Position numbers and translations under genes: made by a program
Shown here: positions 11,890 to 24,555 of the stretch, piece by piece
How the letters are laid out: each line of letters begins with the position of its first letter
Position numbering within the stretch: position 1 is the stretch's first letter
Source of the DNA: Octopus vulgaris
Lineage: Eukaryota
Direction: 5' to 3'
DNA: 64,000 bases
Assembly (NCBI GenBank): GCA_951406725.2
Contig: OX597815.1
Location: 86,056,001-86,120,000 of the forward strand
The notes under the pieces: generated by a model
The model's input: only the letters and a program-made list of their open reading frames with translations
Told to the model about the DNA's origin: nothing
The model's database searches: none

Positions 11890-12960
11890 GTCTTTCCCTA
11901 TCACAAAGACCGCACTTACCACTGCCGTTGGTATAAGGTTTATACTTGGCCAAGATCTTCCAGTAAATCCTATAGCTGACCCTTTCTTCTTTTAAGAACC
12001 ATATATGACAGGATATTTTGTCGTTTTTCGTTTATCCCAGTGTCTGAAGCTTAAGGTGTAATTATTGAATGTTGCTTTTAAATTTCTTTCCGTGAAACCC
12101 ATATATCTCTGGCGAAACTGCGTTATTAGCATTCGTAGAATTTACGGTGGCTTCATAAATAATGACCTCGATCATACAGGCTCCGTTTAGTGGGCACAAG
12201 TCTTTATCCCTGTATTGTTCTTTTGCGTTGTGTGCAGTTATGTTTTAAAATTTATGGTTGAACTAAAACTAATTTTTAAGTCATGCCTATTAAAACGTTT
12301 CCTATAAGTGACAAGAAATATTTACTTATATTAAAGGTCACTTCGCAGGAGTAAGGATGTTCCTGTGTCTATGTTTTCTTTTCTTTATTTCTGGCCTAAT
12401 AGCGGATGTGTAAGCTATTTCCTCTTTAAATCGAGTAACTTTAAGAGCTCTGTTATATATTGGGGCAGCATTATTAAATATGTTTATATCGGAGGAGAGG
12501 CGAGAAATTCTCCTACTGATATACTCAACTAAATCCTTAAACACTATGAGGGGCCAGGAACTTACATTAATATAACTAAGTCTATCGTTGGGCTTTCTAT
12601 AGGATTTGTAAATATTCTTTTGTAAATCCAGAGATACGACAAGGAAATTGACAACCATTAGGTTGGTATCTATTGTTATGCTAAGATCGAATGTTTCTAT
12701 AAGATGGATAATATCCTTACTTAACCGATCTTGTGCTGGTCCATTGGTATTCTTAGTTAAAGCTAGATCATCATCCTTATAAATAGCGAAATATACACCA
12801 GGAAAAGCTTTCATTAGCGTATCAAGTAGGAATAGCCCAATGATATCGCTTATGCCTGCTCCATCATATGACCCCATGCTTACATCGAAAGCACCCTCTG
12901 TATCAGCCGACTTGTCTCACTCTGTTCTCGCTGAAGAGTAAGGTCTTTCTAGCATGGAGG
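11890..12960 (-). mobile_element. Penelope-like element fragment (RT C-terminal half + GIY-YIG endonuclease)
   Basis: ORF 12338..12877: MGSYDGA, IYKDD, FLVVSLDL, YRKPND..YIN; downstream CPLNGAC..IIYEATV..IYMGFTE (GIY-YIG). Confidence 0.88.
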
Positions 12961-12967
12961 AGTATAT

Positions 12968-13056
<89 letters not shown>

Positions 13057-13273
13057 CGTGTGTGTGTGTGTATGTATGTACATATATCTACAAATTAAAT
13101 ATCCCTTCATATCTCACATCTATTTTTTTCCTCCACCTCACTCTCTATTTTGTATCCTATTTAAATTAACTATTACTTAACCAACCTCACACACGGTCTG
13201 TAAGACCTTCTATCTATAAATGTTATAATATTTACGCACCCTTCTTTTTTTTTATCTCATTATGCAAAAAATT

Positions 13274-13339
<66 letters not shown>

Positions 13340-13973
13340 TACACATATCGATGTTGCTGTGTTTGTTTTACAATATCAAATTCTGTTTCCTGCTCGTTTG
13401 TTTTCAATAAAATATTTCCACGAAAATCATTTGCATTCTCATACATTATTTTCGACTATCCTTTATTAAGGAAAGCGCTGTCTCTCATTATTGCTGTCTT
13501 TCATAATATACTGCAACTTGCGTCAAGGCTTACTGTCATTCTTTACTACGGTCAATCAGAATATATGGCTATTTTATGTTTTCCATTATTTTCATTTCAT
13601 TTATTTCTGTAACTTTATGAATGTTTTTTTTTTGTTTTATCTTTCTGCGCTGAGAATCAAATGACAATAAAATTGATATAATGTAATGTAATTATTTGTA
13701 AATTTTATTTTCCCCCTATAATTTATTGGGCGACAGAAGCGGCACAGAAATTAGGAGGAAAAATGATATAGAGAATATTTGAGTATAAAATATCTTCTTG
13801 GATCTAGCTTTTAAAATCACCTAAATATGTCCAAATCTGATTGGTTCTTGCTTCTAATTTACACCTTCTCCGATTCGTTAAACGTGTCTATTCAGCGCCA
13901 TTCAGTTTAGCAGTATGATATAAAATCAGGTATGGCTTCGTATAATACACCTCATTATAATGACAATTGTATG

Positions 13974-14160
13974 TACGAGCGGGCACTGGAAAGTCTTTGG
14001 CTTTAAGGGTATCGCGAAAAGCCTGGTTGGAGGCCCATCCTTCTGTGCTCTTTGAAGGAGCTTGGAAAAACTGAAAGATCGCTGCAATAAGTATGTAAAT
14101 TTGAGGGGAATACCTTGAATAAAATCAAAATTAACTTATCCTCCTGTATTTTCTTTTATA
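13974..14160 (+). mobile_element. Internally deleted mariner-type non-autonomous element
   Basis: TA + cgagcgggcactggaaagtctttggct left TIR, then the transposase tail LEKLKDRCNKYVNLRG. Confidence 0.6.
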
Positions 14161-14712
14161 TATATTTATTCATTTATGTATATATCTATTTATATATGTT
14201 TGTATATGTATATTTTTTATGTGTATTAATATTCGTGTAACAATTACTATATATCTAACAAGGTTATGAAACAGCTGTAAAAGTATGAAATAAACATCAG
14301 CTCTCTCACATCACTTCTCTTATCTGGTTATTTCCCTCTCCCCCCTCTTACTCTCTTTGTATATATATGTATGTATGTATACACATCACATACATACGAA
14401 ACTTTTTTCCGTCTGCTGAATTTTAGTTCTTCGTTACGTAAAGACATAAAAGAACTAAAGAAATAGTAAATCTAACCCTGAACTTTTCAAGTTGGCAACC
14501 ATGCTTATATTACAGAAGACCTATAATCAAATGAGATTCTTTGAAAGCAGGATTTGTAATTCATACGTATATGTGTGTGTTGGTGGTTTATGTATATACA
14601 CAGGTATGCAGGTAGACACACAGACGGATGGACGAACAGACAGACAGACCAACAGACAGACAGACAGACAGACATATAGATAGATAGATAGATAGATAGA
14701 CAAACAGATAGA

Positions 14713-14744
<32 letters not shown>

Positions 14745-15436
14745 TAGATAGATAGACAGATAGATAAATAGATAGATAGATATACAAGTGGGAGAACAAA
14801 CGAAACAAGGTAGTGCTCAGGACATTTCTTGAGAGTTACGCTTGGATCGAAGTCTACATTACTTTAAGGATAGCTACGCCAGCTTAGATAATATCGCTTA
14901 TAAATTTGCTCGCTACAACAGAAGGAAACACACCACACGCAGTCTTCTATACACACCAACCCGTAACTACCGAAATCCTATTGACTGCTCACTCAGAGCC
15001 AATCTGACACCATCCATTGGTATAACGAAACACTACAGTGGCATGATAGTCAGTGATTTAAAGGAAGATTCATACAACACAGGCAATGTTTAAGGTGTAG
15101 GGACAGAGACACTATTCACATCCCTTCTACGTTTCAGCTGCACATTCCAGGACAATGGGAGAAACATCATATTGAGGACACTTAACAGAGCTTATCTTTA
15201 TTTCCATGGAGTTTCTAAGTGCACAATTCTGAATGTATCAGAAACTGCACGCCATCCAACAGGCTACGATATCCATAAATTGCGAAATACTGTTGCCATC
15301 AAGTGTACGCCTTTTAAATGAATTTCCAGGCATTCGTCACTTGTAATATGGAAATACCATCCATGACCAACTCATGTGTATATAAACTTGTGCCTATAGA
15401 AAGATTATCCCCTACAATCGACCAGCGGCCATACTT

Positions 15437-16070
15437 GGATAATTGTCAGCTCATTACAACTGTTTCCTATGAAACTTTTTAATACAAGAATGAGAAAATT
15501 ACTCCATTATAAAAGACCATAATAATCAGATGAGAGGTAATTTTACAAATAAAAGAATATCTCAAGAATACAACAGGGATGTGGCTAGACTCTCTCCAGG
15601 CCAACTATGAAATGGGATAATGACCAACTATGTTGGCCGTTTATGTTAAGGATATAGTCCTTGAAAGTGTGCAATATGATATCTAAGGTCAGTGACTCAG
15701 GTGAGGAGCCTGCTAGACTTGATGGTAGATAGACTGGAGTGGGGTGTAGGTGATAAATTTATTACATTTACTTAGGATCTACTCTTGCACCCCCACTTCT
15801 CATCCGGATCAAGGACCTTGGATATCATATTACACACTTTCGAGGAGTGTATTCTTAACCTAAACGGCCAACATAGTTGGTCGTTCTCCCATTTCATAAT
15901 TGGCCCCGACAGATTCTAACTGCATCGCTGCTGTATTCTTGAGGTATCTCTTGTTTATAAAATTACTTCTGATTTGAAGTCTTTTACGGTCTTTCACAAT
16001 GGAGTAATGTTCTTATTCTTTTATTAAAAGGTTACGTAAGAAACTGCTGTAATGAACTGACAATTATTCA
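15437..16070. repeat. Long imperfect inverted repeat (~255-bp arms, ~123-bp spacer)
   Basis: Arms ~15437-15690 and ~15814-16070, e.g. gaccaactatgttggccgttta / taaacggccaacatagttggtc and aatatgatatctaaggtc / gaccttggatatcatatt. Confidence 0.9.
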
Positions 16071-16344
16071 TCGTATGTTTTTATTCATTTGATTATAATA
16101 CACCAAGGGAATTTATGACTTGTCGGACACCCTAGAGTAAAGCATGATTTGGAAAGCCCTTAGGCGCTAAATACTCACAGGGTTGATTTTCGCTGTGAAC
16201 ACATCTGAAATATTCTATCAGGTATTTCGACTCTCACCAATCATAGGCTGGAACCACAAGGATTACCAACCTAACCTGGTGCATACCGTTTCAGGTACCT
16301 CATTTTATCTGAGTCCTCATTTTAGTATATATGTGTGTGTATGT

Positions 16345-16612
16345 ATGAGTGTGTATGTGTGTATGTGTGTATGTTCGTGTGTGTGTGCCTTTGTGTCTGT
16401 GTGTCTCCCTTACCATCGCTTGACAACCGATGCTGGTGTGATTACGTCTCCGTAACTTAACAGTTCGGCAAAAGTGACCGAGAGAATAAGTACTAGGTTT
16501 ACAAAGATTAAGTCCTGGGGGGGGGGGTCAATTTCTTCGTCTAAAAAGCGCTTTAAGGCAGTGCTCCATCATGGCTGCAGTCTAATGACTGAAACAACTA
16601 AAAGGATAAAAG
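16345..16612 (+). mobile_element. tRNA-derived SINE (family A), 3' half
   Basis: cgcttgacaaccgatgctggtgtg...gaataagtactagg...catggctgcagtctaatgactgaaacaa; homologous to 20188-20400(-). Confidence 0.85.
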
Positions 16613-16658
16613 AATATATATAAATATATATTTTATACATATATATTAAGGATGTATG

Positions 16659-16694
<36 letters not shown>

Positions 16695-16713
16695 TATTTA
16701 GATAGACAGATAT

Positions 16714-16777
<64 letters not shown>

Positions 16778-16969
16778 AAACATGCTCCGGTTTGATGAAT
16801 ATAGTATAAATATAATATACTCATAAATATATATATATATATGAATATAGAGAGAAAAAAAAACTGAAAATACCCAGATGATATACACTCCTGCTGGAGC
16901 CTGTTGGGAGGCAATTAAAAGACAAATTTTATATTTTTACTACACTTGTCAATTGCGAAGTACGAGTGC

Positions 16970-17028
16970 CACTGCTGCTGCTGGCACTACCACACCTCCT
17001 CCTCCTCCTCCTCCTCCTCCTCCTCCTC

Positions 17029-17086
<58 letters not shown>

Positions 17087-17087
17087 A
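16970..17087. repeat. (CCT)n(ACT)n trinucleotide repeat
   Basis: Directly visible. Confidence 0.95.
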
Positions 17088-17290
17088 TAAACCTGATGAT
17101 TACGTAAACTTGAAAGTACTAAATTTATCAGAATAAATATAAAATATACTTTTTTTGAAATATTGTATGATTGTAAAAGTTGTAAATAATAAAACGTGGA
17201 AATCAAACTTGTCTGGAATTTCATTGAATACCATAATCTTCTACACACAATCATGCCAACTCGGACACACACACACACACACACATAAAG

Positions 17291-17432
17291 GACGGGTTTC
17301 TTTCAGTTTCCGACTACCAAATCCACTAACAATGCTTTGGTTAACACTTTCCCAAGGTATCACACAATAGGACTGAACACGGATGGATGTGACTAGAAAG
17401 CAAACTTCGTACTACACAAGCACGCCTACGCC
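17291..17432 (-). mobile_element. tRNA-derived SINE (family A), 5' head
   Basis: Homologous to the heads at 20440-20603(-) and 28826(+). Confidence 0.8.
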
Positions 17433-18762
17433 TGTAATAATGTAAAAGCATATCACCAAGATAAGATGATCATCGGTGATTTTAGGGAGGGATCTGGGAT
17501 ATAGATGAAGAAATAAAGCAAAGTAGTAATGTGGCTATATGATTTACAGAGTGTATATACCATGCAAACGGCTCTGCTAAAACTTATATCAGCAGTGAGA
17601 CTCTCCTATCGATGATTGTAAATCTTCTGAATTGATAGTCACGGGGAAAAGGGGAAACAACTGAAGGTTATGCGTGGGTACGTAACTCATTAGCAAGAGA
17701 ATACTAAAATCATTATAGTAGCGTTGGTCTGTCCTCTACGTGCGAAAAATACAATACATCTCACTTAAAGGGCTGTGTTTTATTAAATATCTGATCAACG
17801 ATAGACATATAGATAACCCTAAACCCGCAAGGTGTGATAGGAAATGTTTATTGTACCATACTGCGGAAGATATCGCTCATGTAATCAGCAACTATCAATA
17901 AATACCCGACAGATCCTACCTTCTCATGAAATATCGCTGTTAAACCGTCTTCTATTATATACGTAGGAAGGATTGTCTTGAAGGCCATACCAAATGCACA
18001 CCAACATAAGAATATATTTACACGTTGAAAAGTAATACTGACGGAACATTGTCGTAAAAACAGCAACATAGTTTAATCACAACAGGACAGATATTGTTCA
18101 GTAGAATTAGAAGCAAATGTTATGCATTGCTGCAGTGATCAGTTGAGCGGCAAATGGCAATGTCTCATTAAATATTTGTGAATAGGTGAATATCAATTAT
18201 GGATTAATTGCAGACATATCGCTCTTATATCTGGACTATAGATTCCCATTTATAGATATTATCATAGGTGTACTTGATTTCGAATCAGTTTGCATGAAAG
18301 CCCAAAAACAAAACAGAACAGATTGATCGCATTCTCCAACTACAATCGATTAGAGATGGGTAAATTGATTTTGCAAAACATTTCAGCATTTCTCTATGAG
18401 AGGTTCTTTTGGGCTGAACACCTGAAATTACATATAGATATGGAATACACATACACATACGCATGCACATACACAAACTTCATCATTAATAAAGCAAGCA
18501 TATTTTATGACATATATAAGAGGAATGCAAGTTTATACATTATTATATATATACACACTCATATTTGTAGACATCAACCAACGATAATAACCACAAAAAT
18601 CAAACTACTCTTGTCTTGACTTAAACGAAAGATCATTGTTACTTTGACATAAGCAGCTTCAATTCTGCATAACATGTCATAAATATATCCAAAACACTTA
18701 CAGACATACATATATACATACATACGTACATACATACATGAATGAATAAATACATATACATG

Positions 18763-18793
<31 letters not shown>

Positions 18794-18859
18794 ATGTGTG
18801 TGTATATACATACATACCTACATACACGCATGCATACATTCACATATACATATATGATC

Positions 18860-18966
18860 TGAAAGAAAATACCTACATACCTACGCTGAACTATTGAGGA
18901 ATCTACAGTTACTCTAACCAGATTACAAGTTCAGGTTTATACCTGTAATTATTGGGGCACTGGGAT
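18860..18966 (+). mobile_element. Short CATA-associated R4/Dong fragment
   Basis: YAELLRNLQLL*PDYKFRFIPVIIGALGY; matches 10495-10560. Confidence 0.7.
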
Positions 18967-19032
18967 ATATATATATATATGTATGTATGTACATATATGT
19001 ATGTACGTATGTATTTATATATATATATATCA

Positions 19033-19150
19033 CAACTTTGCCTTTCATCTTTTGGGTTCGATGAAATAAGTACCAGTTACTCACTGAGGTCGATGTAATC
19101 GATTAGTTCCGTCTCCCAGAACTTCAGACCTTGTGCGTATGATAGAAATT
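19033..19150 (+). mobile_element. SINE family B core
   Basis: caactttgcctttcatctttgggttcgatgaaataagtaccagttactcactgaggtcgatgtaatcgat-type core. Confidence 0.75.
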
Positions 19151-19304
19151 ATTATGATGATATTTGAAAAGAAACAGCGATTTCAGCAAAATATATTAAG
19201 CAACACTAATAATAAATAAGGAAAATATACAGAGTGAGAGAGAGAGAGAGAAGTACACATGTGTGTTTGTATGAATACACGTGTACAAACATTTATGTAT
19301 GCAT

Positions 19305-19870
19305 GTATATTCACTTCTGCTTTTAATTATTTGAGTTCTTCCTTTGAGTAAAGAGTTGGCTTCTGACAAAGATACAAAAACACCATCGTTGGAATGTAGA
19401 TAACGAATACAATGAGGAAATACAATTGAGGAAAGTTGTGCTCACATTTACCCTTCTACGTACATATTGTACTTGTAATGTGCAAGTTAATTAGTTGATT
19501 TCCTTTCATGATAACCGCAACTTATCCAGATCGCCAGTCAGGTGCACCAATTATTATTGGTACAAATGTGAATGTATAATCTGAATATAGAAGCAGGCGG
19601 TTTCGAAGCAGTTTTCCATAGTTATCCACTTTCTCTTTGATTTTCAATTAGATATTCACTCAGGACAGCTAACCTCTATGATGGTACACACTTTTTCTTG
19701 TCTGTCAACAATATCGGGCAGTTATACTTACATTTGACAGATATTTTGATGGGAATATTCAACCAATATTCCTTGTGTTGATGTTTGTGTATGTATTGAA
19801 TAACAGTCGGATTCTCTATGTTCATTCCAGTGGCATTATGTAATAATTACACACGTCTGTTGCATAGGGA
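19305..19870 (-). mobile_element. Decayed R4/Dong 3' fragment (RLE domain)
   Basis: Minus strand EYWLNIPIKISVKCKYN.P.I and YSDYTFTFVPIIIGAP; 3' end runs into CATA/CATG-like repeats. Confidence 0.7.
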
Positions 19871-19891
19871 GGTATGCAACATATGTATATG

Positions 19892-19948
<57 letters not shown>

Positions 19949-20014
19949 AGGTCCCGGGTTGAGTCGGGGTTAACCACAGTAAATAAGGTACTCAATACAT
20001 GGCAGAGTAAATTA

Positions 20015-20140
20015 ATTTATTTTATAGAAGGAGCTTCTACAGGACTAGAACTGTTTCATTCAAATGAAATCATCAGGCTTCCTGATGATTTCATTTGAAT
20101 GAAACAGTTCTAGTCCTGTAGAAGCTCCTTCTATAAAATA

Positions 20141-20143
<3 letters not shown>
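20015..20143. repeat. Perfect palindrome, 63-bp arms, 3-nt loop
   Basis: 20015-20077 is the exact reverse complement of 20081-20143; loop ctt. Confidence 0.95.
20077..20125 (+). ncRNA. Type I hammerhead ribozyme motif
   Basis: gcttc-CTGATGA-t ttc attt gaa t-GAAAC-ag ttctagtc ct-GTA-gaagc: stem I gcttc/gaagc, stem II ttc/gaa, stem III acag/ctgt, GUA cleavage triplet; the 10.1-11.1 pair is U-U rather than G-C. Confidence 0.75.
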
Positions 20144-20186
<43 letters not shown>

Positions 20187-20187
20187 T

Positions 20188-20603
20188 TATTCTTTTCTTT
20201 TGTTTGTTTCAGTCATTTAACTGCGGCCTTGGTGGAGGAAGGCCATTAGGCGAACAAATCGACCCCAGGACTTATTCTTTGTAAGCCTAGAACTTATTCT
20301 ATCGGGTTCATTTGCCGATCCTCTAAGTTACGGAGACGTAAACTTACCAACATCGGTTGTCAAGCTATGGTGGGGGACAAACACAGACACAAAAACGCGC
20401 GCACACGCGCACACACACACATACATACATACATATATATACGACAGGTTTCTTTCAGTTTCCAACCACCAAATCCACTGACAAGGATTTGGTGGGCCCG
20501 AAGCTATAGTAGAAGACATCTACCCAAGTGCCACGCCGTATGACTGAATCCAGAACCATGTGGTTGGTAAGCAAGCTACTTGCCACACAGCCACTCCTGC
20601 GCC
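20188..20603 (-). mobile_element. Near full-length tRNA-derived SINE (family A) with internal microsatellite
   Basis: Head GGCGCAGGAGTGGCTGTGTGGCAAG (A-box-like) ... GGATTCAGTC (B-box-like), internal (TATG)/(TG)n, tail gactgaaacaaacaaaaga. Confidence 0.88.
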
Positions 20604-20707
20604 TATATATATCGCGACTTTGCCTTTCTTTTCGGGTTCGATGAAATAATGATGAAATTATGATGCTATGATGCTAGGTGTTTCCATTATTTTACTCTGT
20701 ATGTATG

Positions 20708-20769
<62 letters not shown>

Positions 20770-20772
<3 letters not shown>

Positions 20773-21658
20773 GGTGTCCATAAAGACTCTTTACAATTAA
20801 AAAAAAATTATTACAAAGGCATTTGATGAGATATTTTAACCAGATTTATTTTATTTTAATAATTGTTTATTAAATGTTTTTTGTTTTGTTTCATATTCTC
20901 TGTTGATAGAAGGGAACTGATTCACTGAACCCTTATGAAACGAGGATGAAGCATTCCTCAAGCGAGTTTGTTTTCATGTTTCAAGGGAAATTAAACAGAC
21001 ACAATGTGAGAATCTGGGGATCAGAACACCCCTATGTGACAAGGGACCTTCAACGGGATAGTCCAAAAGTGAATGTGTGGTGTGGAATCATGTGCAATCG
21101 AATAATTGGTCCAATTTTCTTCAACGAGGCAACAATTACTACAGATGTTTGCCTTGGCCCTTTCACCGAATATGTGGCACTACAACTGATTGATTTACAA
21201 CTAACCATCATTTTCCAGCAAGATGGTGCACCACCACATTGGGGACGACATGTTCGTCAGTTCCTCAATCACACATTTCTAGACCGATGGATTGGAGCGG
21301 ATGGGCCAATTCCATGGTCACCGTGTTCGCCAGATATCACTCCCTTGGACTTCTTTTTATGGGGTTATGTAAAAGATATCGCGTATCAAACAAAGATACG
21401 AGACATTGCTGACTTGAAGCAAAGGATTCGTAATGCCATTGCCACCGTTGATGAGGCTATTCTACAGCGAACATGGCAAGAAATGGAATATCGTCTTGAT
21501 GTGCTTCGCGCAACTAATACTGCCCATATTGAGGTCTATTAAATAACAGTTAAACTTTAATAAACAATTATTACAATAAAAAAAATCTGGTTAAGATATC
21601 TTGTCAACTGCCTTTGTAGTAATTTTTGGTAACTTTATGGAAACTTTATGGAAACTAT
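20770..21658 (+). mobile_element. Tc1/mariner-superfamily DD41D transposon, internally deleted, long TIRs
   Basis: TA|CAGGGTGTCCATAAAG start; ~85-bp imperfect TIRs (attacaaaggcatttgatgagatattttaaccagat / atctggttaagatatcttgtcaactgcctttgtagt); transposase C-terminal half inside. Confidence 0.88.
20946..21542 (+). pseudogene. DD41D transposase catalytic domain, N-terminus missing
   Basis: NRHNVRIW, VNVWCGI, QQDGAPPH, SPDITPLDFFLWG; 41 residues counted between the 2nd and 3rd catalytic Asp. Confidence 0.88.
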
Positions 21659-21659
21659 C

Positions 21660-21715
<56 letters not shown>

Positions 21716-21724
<9 letters not shown>

Positions 21725-22281
21725 AAACAAATTGAAGGCGTGGCTGCTCTTGATTATTGGGATCGCCTTAAAGCCTTGAAACTTTATTCCCTCCAGCGTC
21801 GCCGTGAGCGGTACATCATTTGTACGATGTGGAAAATATACCGCCAACTTTGCCCAAACGACCTAAACATTAGCTTCAAGGTTCATCCAAGACTTGGACC
21901 ACGGGCTATACGTCCCCTGCCAAATTCAAGATCACAACATACATGTACACTGCAACATAATTTCTTTTCCTCAACAGGCCCTGCCCTATTTAACATTGTC
22001 CCGAGGGAGATCAAAGAGGAAAAGGATCCCATCAACTTCAAACAGAGTCTGGATAGATTCCTTCAAAGAATACCAGATAAGCCACCCATAATTGGATACA
22101 ACTCACCCAACAAGAACTCACTACTTGAACAAAACTGGATACAACTCACCCAACAAGAACTCACTACTTGAACAAAACTTGACTTAAACAGGATTCGAAT
22201 AATCCTATCAGGTGGTGCTATTAAGTTAGACATGGCCTGGACCAATCTCTTGTCGAAACATATCTAAGTTTATCTAAGTTT
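21716..22281 (+). mobile_element. Second, shorter copy of the CR1-group LINE 3' end
   Basis: Matches ~2653-3172 with about 8 substitutions seen by eye plus a 43-bp tandem duplication; same tatctaagtt tail; flanked by (CT)n and (TA)n. Confidence 0.95.
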
Positions 22282-22445
22282 ATATATATATACATATATA
22301 CACACACACACATACATTTTTACATAGAATGGGAGAAAGCGCAAATCCGAATGACATGATATGATATATATGTAAAAAATGTAATATATAAATAAATATC
22401 TACAAATATGAACCATCTGATCTGATTACCTCATTTTTTCTAATA

Positions 22446-22477
<32 letters not shown>

Positions 22478-23018
22478 CAGAAGGGTGAGTAAACAAAGCG
22501 AAAGAAAGGCACTTGACACATCAATCAGGAGTTACATATATGGATCAAGCAGTTTGATCCAAATTCCTTGGTACTCCGTGTTTCAAGCGTGATTGTAGTG
22601 TTCCAGCGACAACATCAATGTGTGTGTGTGAGAGTGTGTGTATGTGGGCGTGCGCATGTGTGAGTGCTCAAAACGTATGTAATTCTCAGACAACCTATTA
22701 TACTGAAATAGCTGGAAATGAGACAATTTTTCACATATTCATTGGCAATCTGCTTCACTGAATGTTAAAATTGTGTTATATGTAATCACATGCCATATAT
22801 AGACGAATTAATAATTTATAAAAGCTGGCAATGAATTTGAAATTCTCAATTATAGAAACGTAGAACAAGCATATATAAATATAACTAGAAATATTTGCAC
22901 AAACAAGTGCACAAGTATACAAGCTAACAAGACACGTGTATATTTCTAAAATATCGTCGCTCACGTCCGTAATCATTTGCAAAGATCTATGTAAAAGTGA
23001 TAAGATCCATGTATTTTC

Positions 23019-23067
<49 letters not shown>

Positions 23068-23193
23068 CAATCAGATGTACGCATTAGCTTAAACATATGT
23101 GCAGTTGTGTAAATTATAAATTGCTATGAATACTTACAAATTTACTTGCCTCCATAAATAATTCTTTGTAGCTACAACACAAGCGTTATCGTA

Positions 23194-23310
<117 letters not shown>

Positions 23311-23412
23311 GCCTGTCTGTCTTTCTATGTAACCGACGGAGTGCTAGTATATATATATATGTGTGTGTGTGTGTGGGTGTGCGCGCGTGTGGCTGCGTGT
23401 ATATGTATAACA

Positions 23413-23600
23413 AAAACAATTGCAGCATGGAAGGTGTTTATAAGCCATTTAAGAAACACACAACAACCGTTTAAATTTAATTTGCCAAAATATTTTCGCT
23501 TTGAGACCGCGACCTGTTCACTGACAAAATTCCTTGAATCCAACGGTTGTTGTGTGTTTCTGAAATGGCTTATAAACACCTTCCGCGTTGCAACTGTTTT
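23413..23600. repeat. Inverted repeat, 59-bp arms, 70-bp spacer
   Basis: ggaaggtgtttataagccatttaagaaacacacaacaaccgtt / aacggttgttgtgtgtttctgaaatggcttataaacaccttcc. Confidence 0.9.
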
Positions 23601-23659
23601 GGTTCCAGCATACGATCAGAGATCAGGTTACTTGCTATGCAAGTGCATCTCCATAATAT

Positions 23660-23717
<58 letters not shown>

Positions 23718-24038
23718 GTATAATGAATGCACAGACAAACAGCCACTAGACACAGAAAGTCACCAAATTCTCATCAATTATTGGCCAGAGGGTCAATTGC
23801 AATTTCACGCCTTCAACGATAATATTATTCTACTTCTAGTGGTCTCGGCAGTAACAAGTTGTCGGGAAATTGCGAGTCAACGAACAAAAGACAAAACATG
23901 ACAGAAAGCGAACAAACATGAAATAAATAAATCTGCAATGCAGAAAGTGGGCATACAAACGTGAATAAATATGATTCAAGACGAGGCTACTACCGGATTG
24001 AAGAGGGACAAAGACGAACTCAAACAAGTTGAATCACA

Positions 24039-24176
<138 letters not shown>

Positions 24177-24555
24177 CCCTTTGCTTTTATTTCACCGTGC
24201 TTATGAATGTGTCTGTGTGAGTGTGTGTGTGTTCATCCTGCAAATACTAATAACTAATTTTAGTATTAGAAATTATGGGACTTACTAAACTGGACGTACC
24301 TAATTAGTATCAAATATCGGACACATTCGAAATACATTTATGACCAGATGATGATAAGAGTGCCTAGATTTCAAAAGCTCAAAGCTTTCTCAGTATTCTA
24401 CCGTAAAACAACAAGGATATAATCATGTAAACATATTCAAATACTATTTGTACACTCTACTGTGAAAGATCCTAAATAATTCGAGCTTACAACGTGGAAG
24501 ACAGATGAGGTCATCCATATAAAGCCCCCTTCGTTATCTTTCCAAAACAGAAAAA

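Noticed and set aside
14880-15200. Possible L1/Tx1 zinc-knuckle remnant (CLRC..DTIH)
   Set aside because: A single weak motif with no supporting RT motifs.
17088-17130. CTGATGA-ttacgtaaactt-GAAA-gtac-TA hammerhead candidate
   Set aside because: Stem III is palindromic but stem I does not pair next to the core; could be chance.
20540-20603. tRNA gene
   Set aside because: A/B-box-like head continues into SINE body sequence, recurs in several diverged copies and gives no full cloverleaf.
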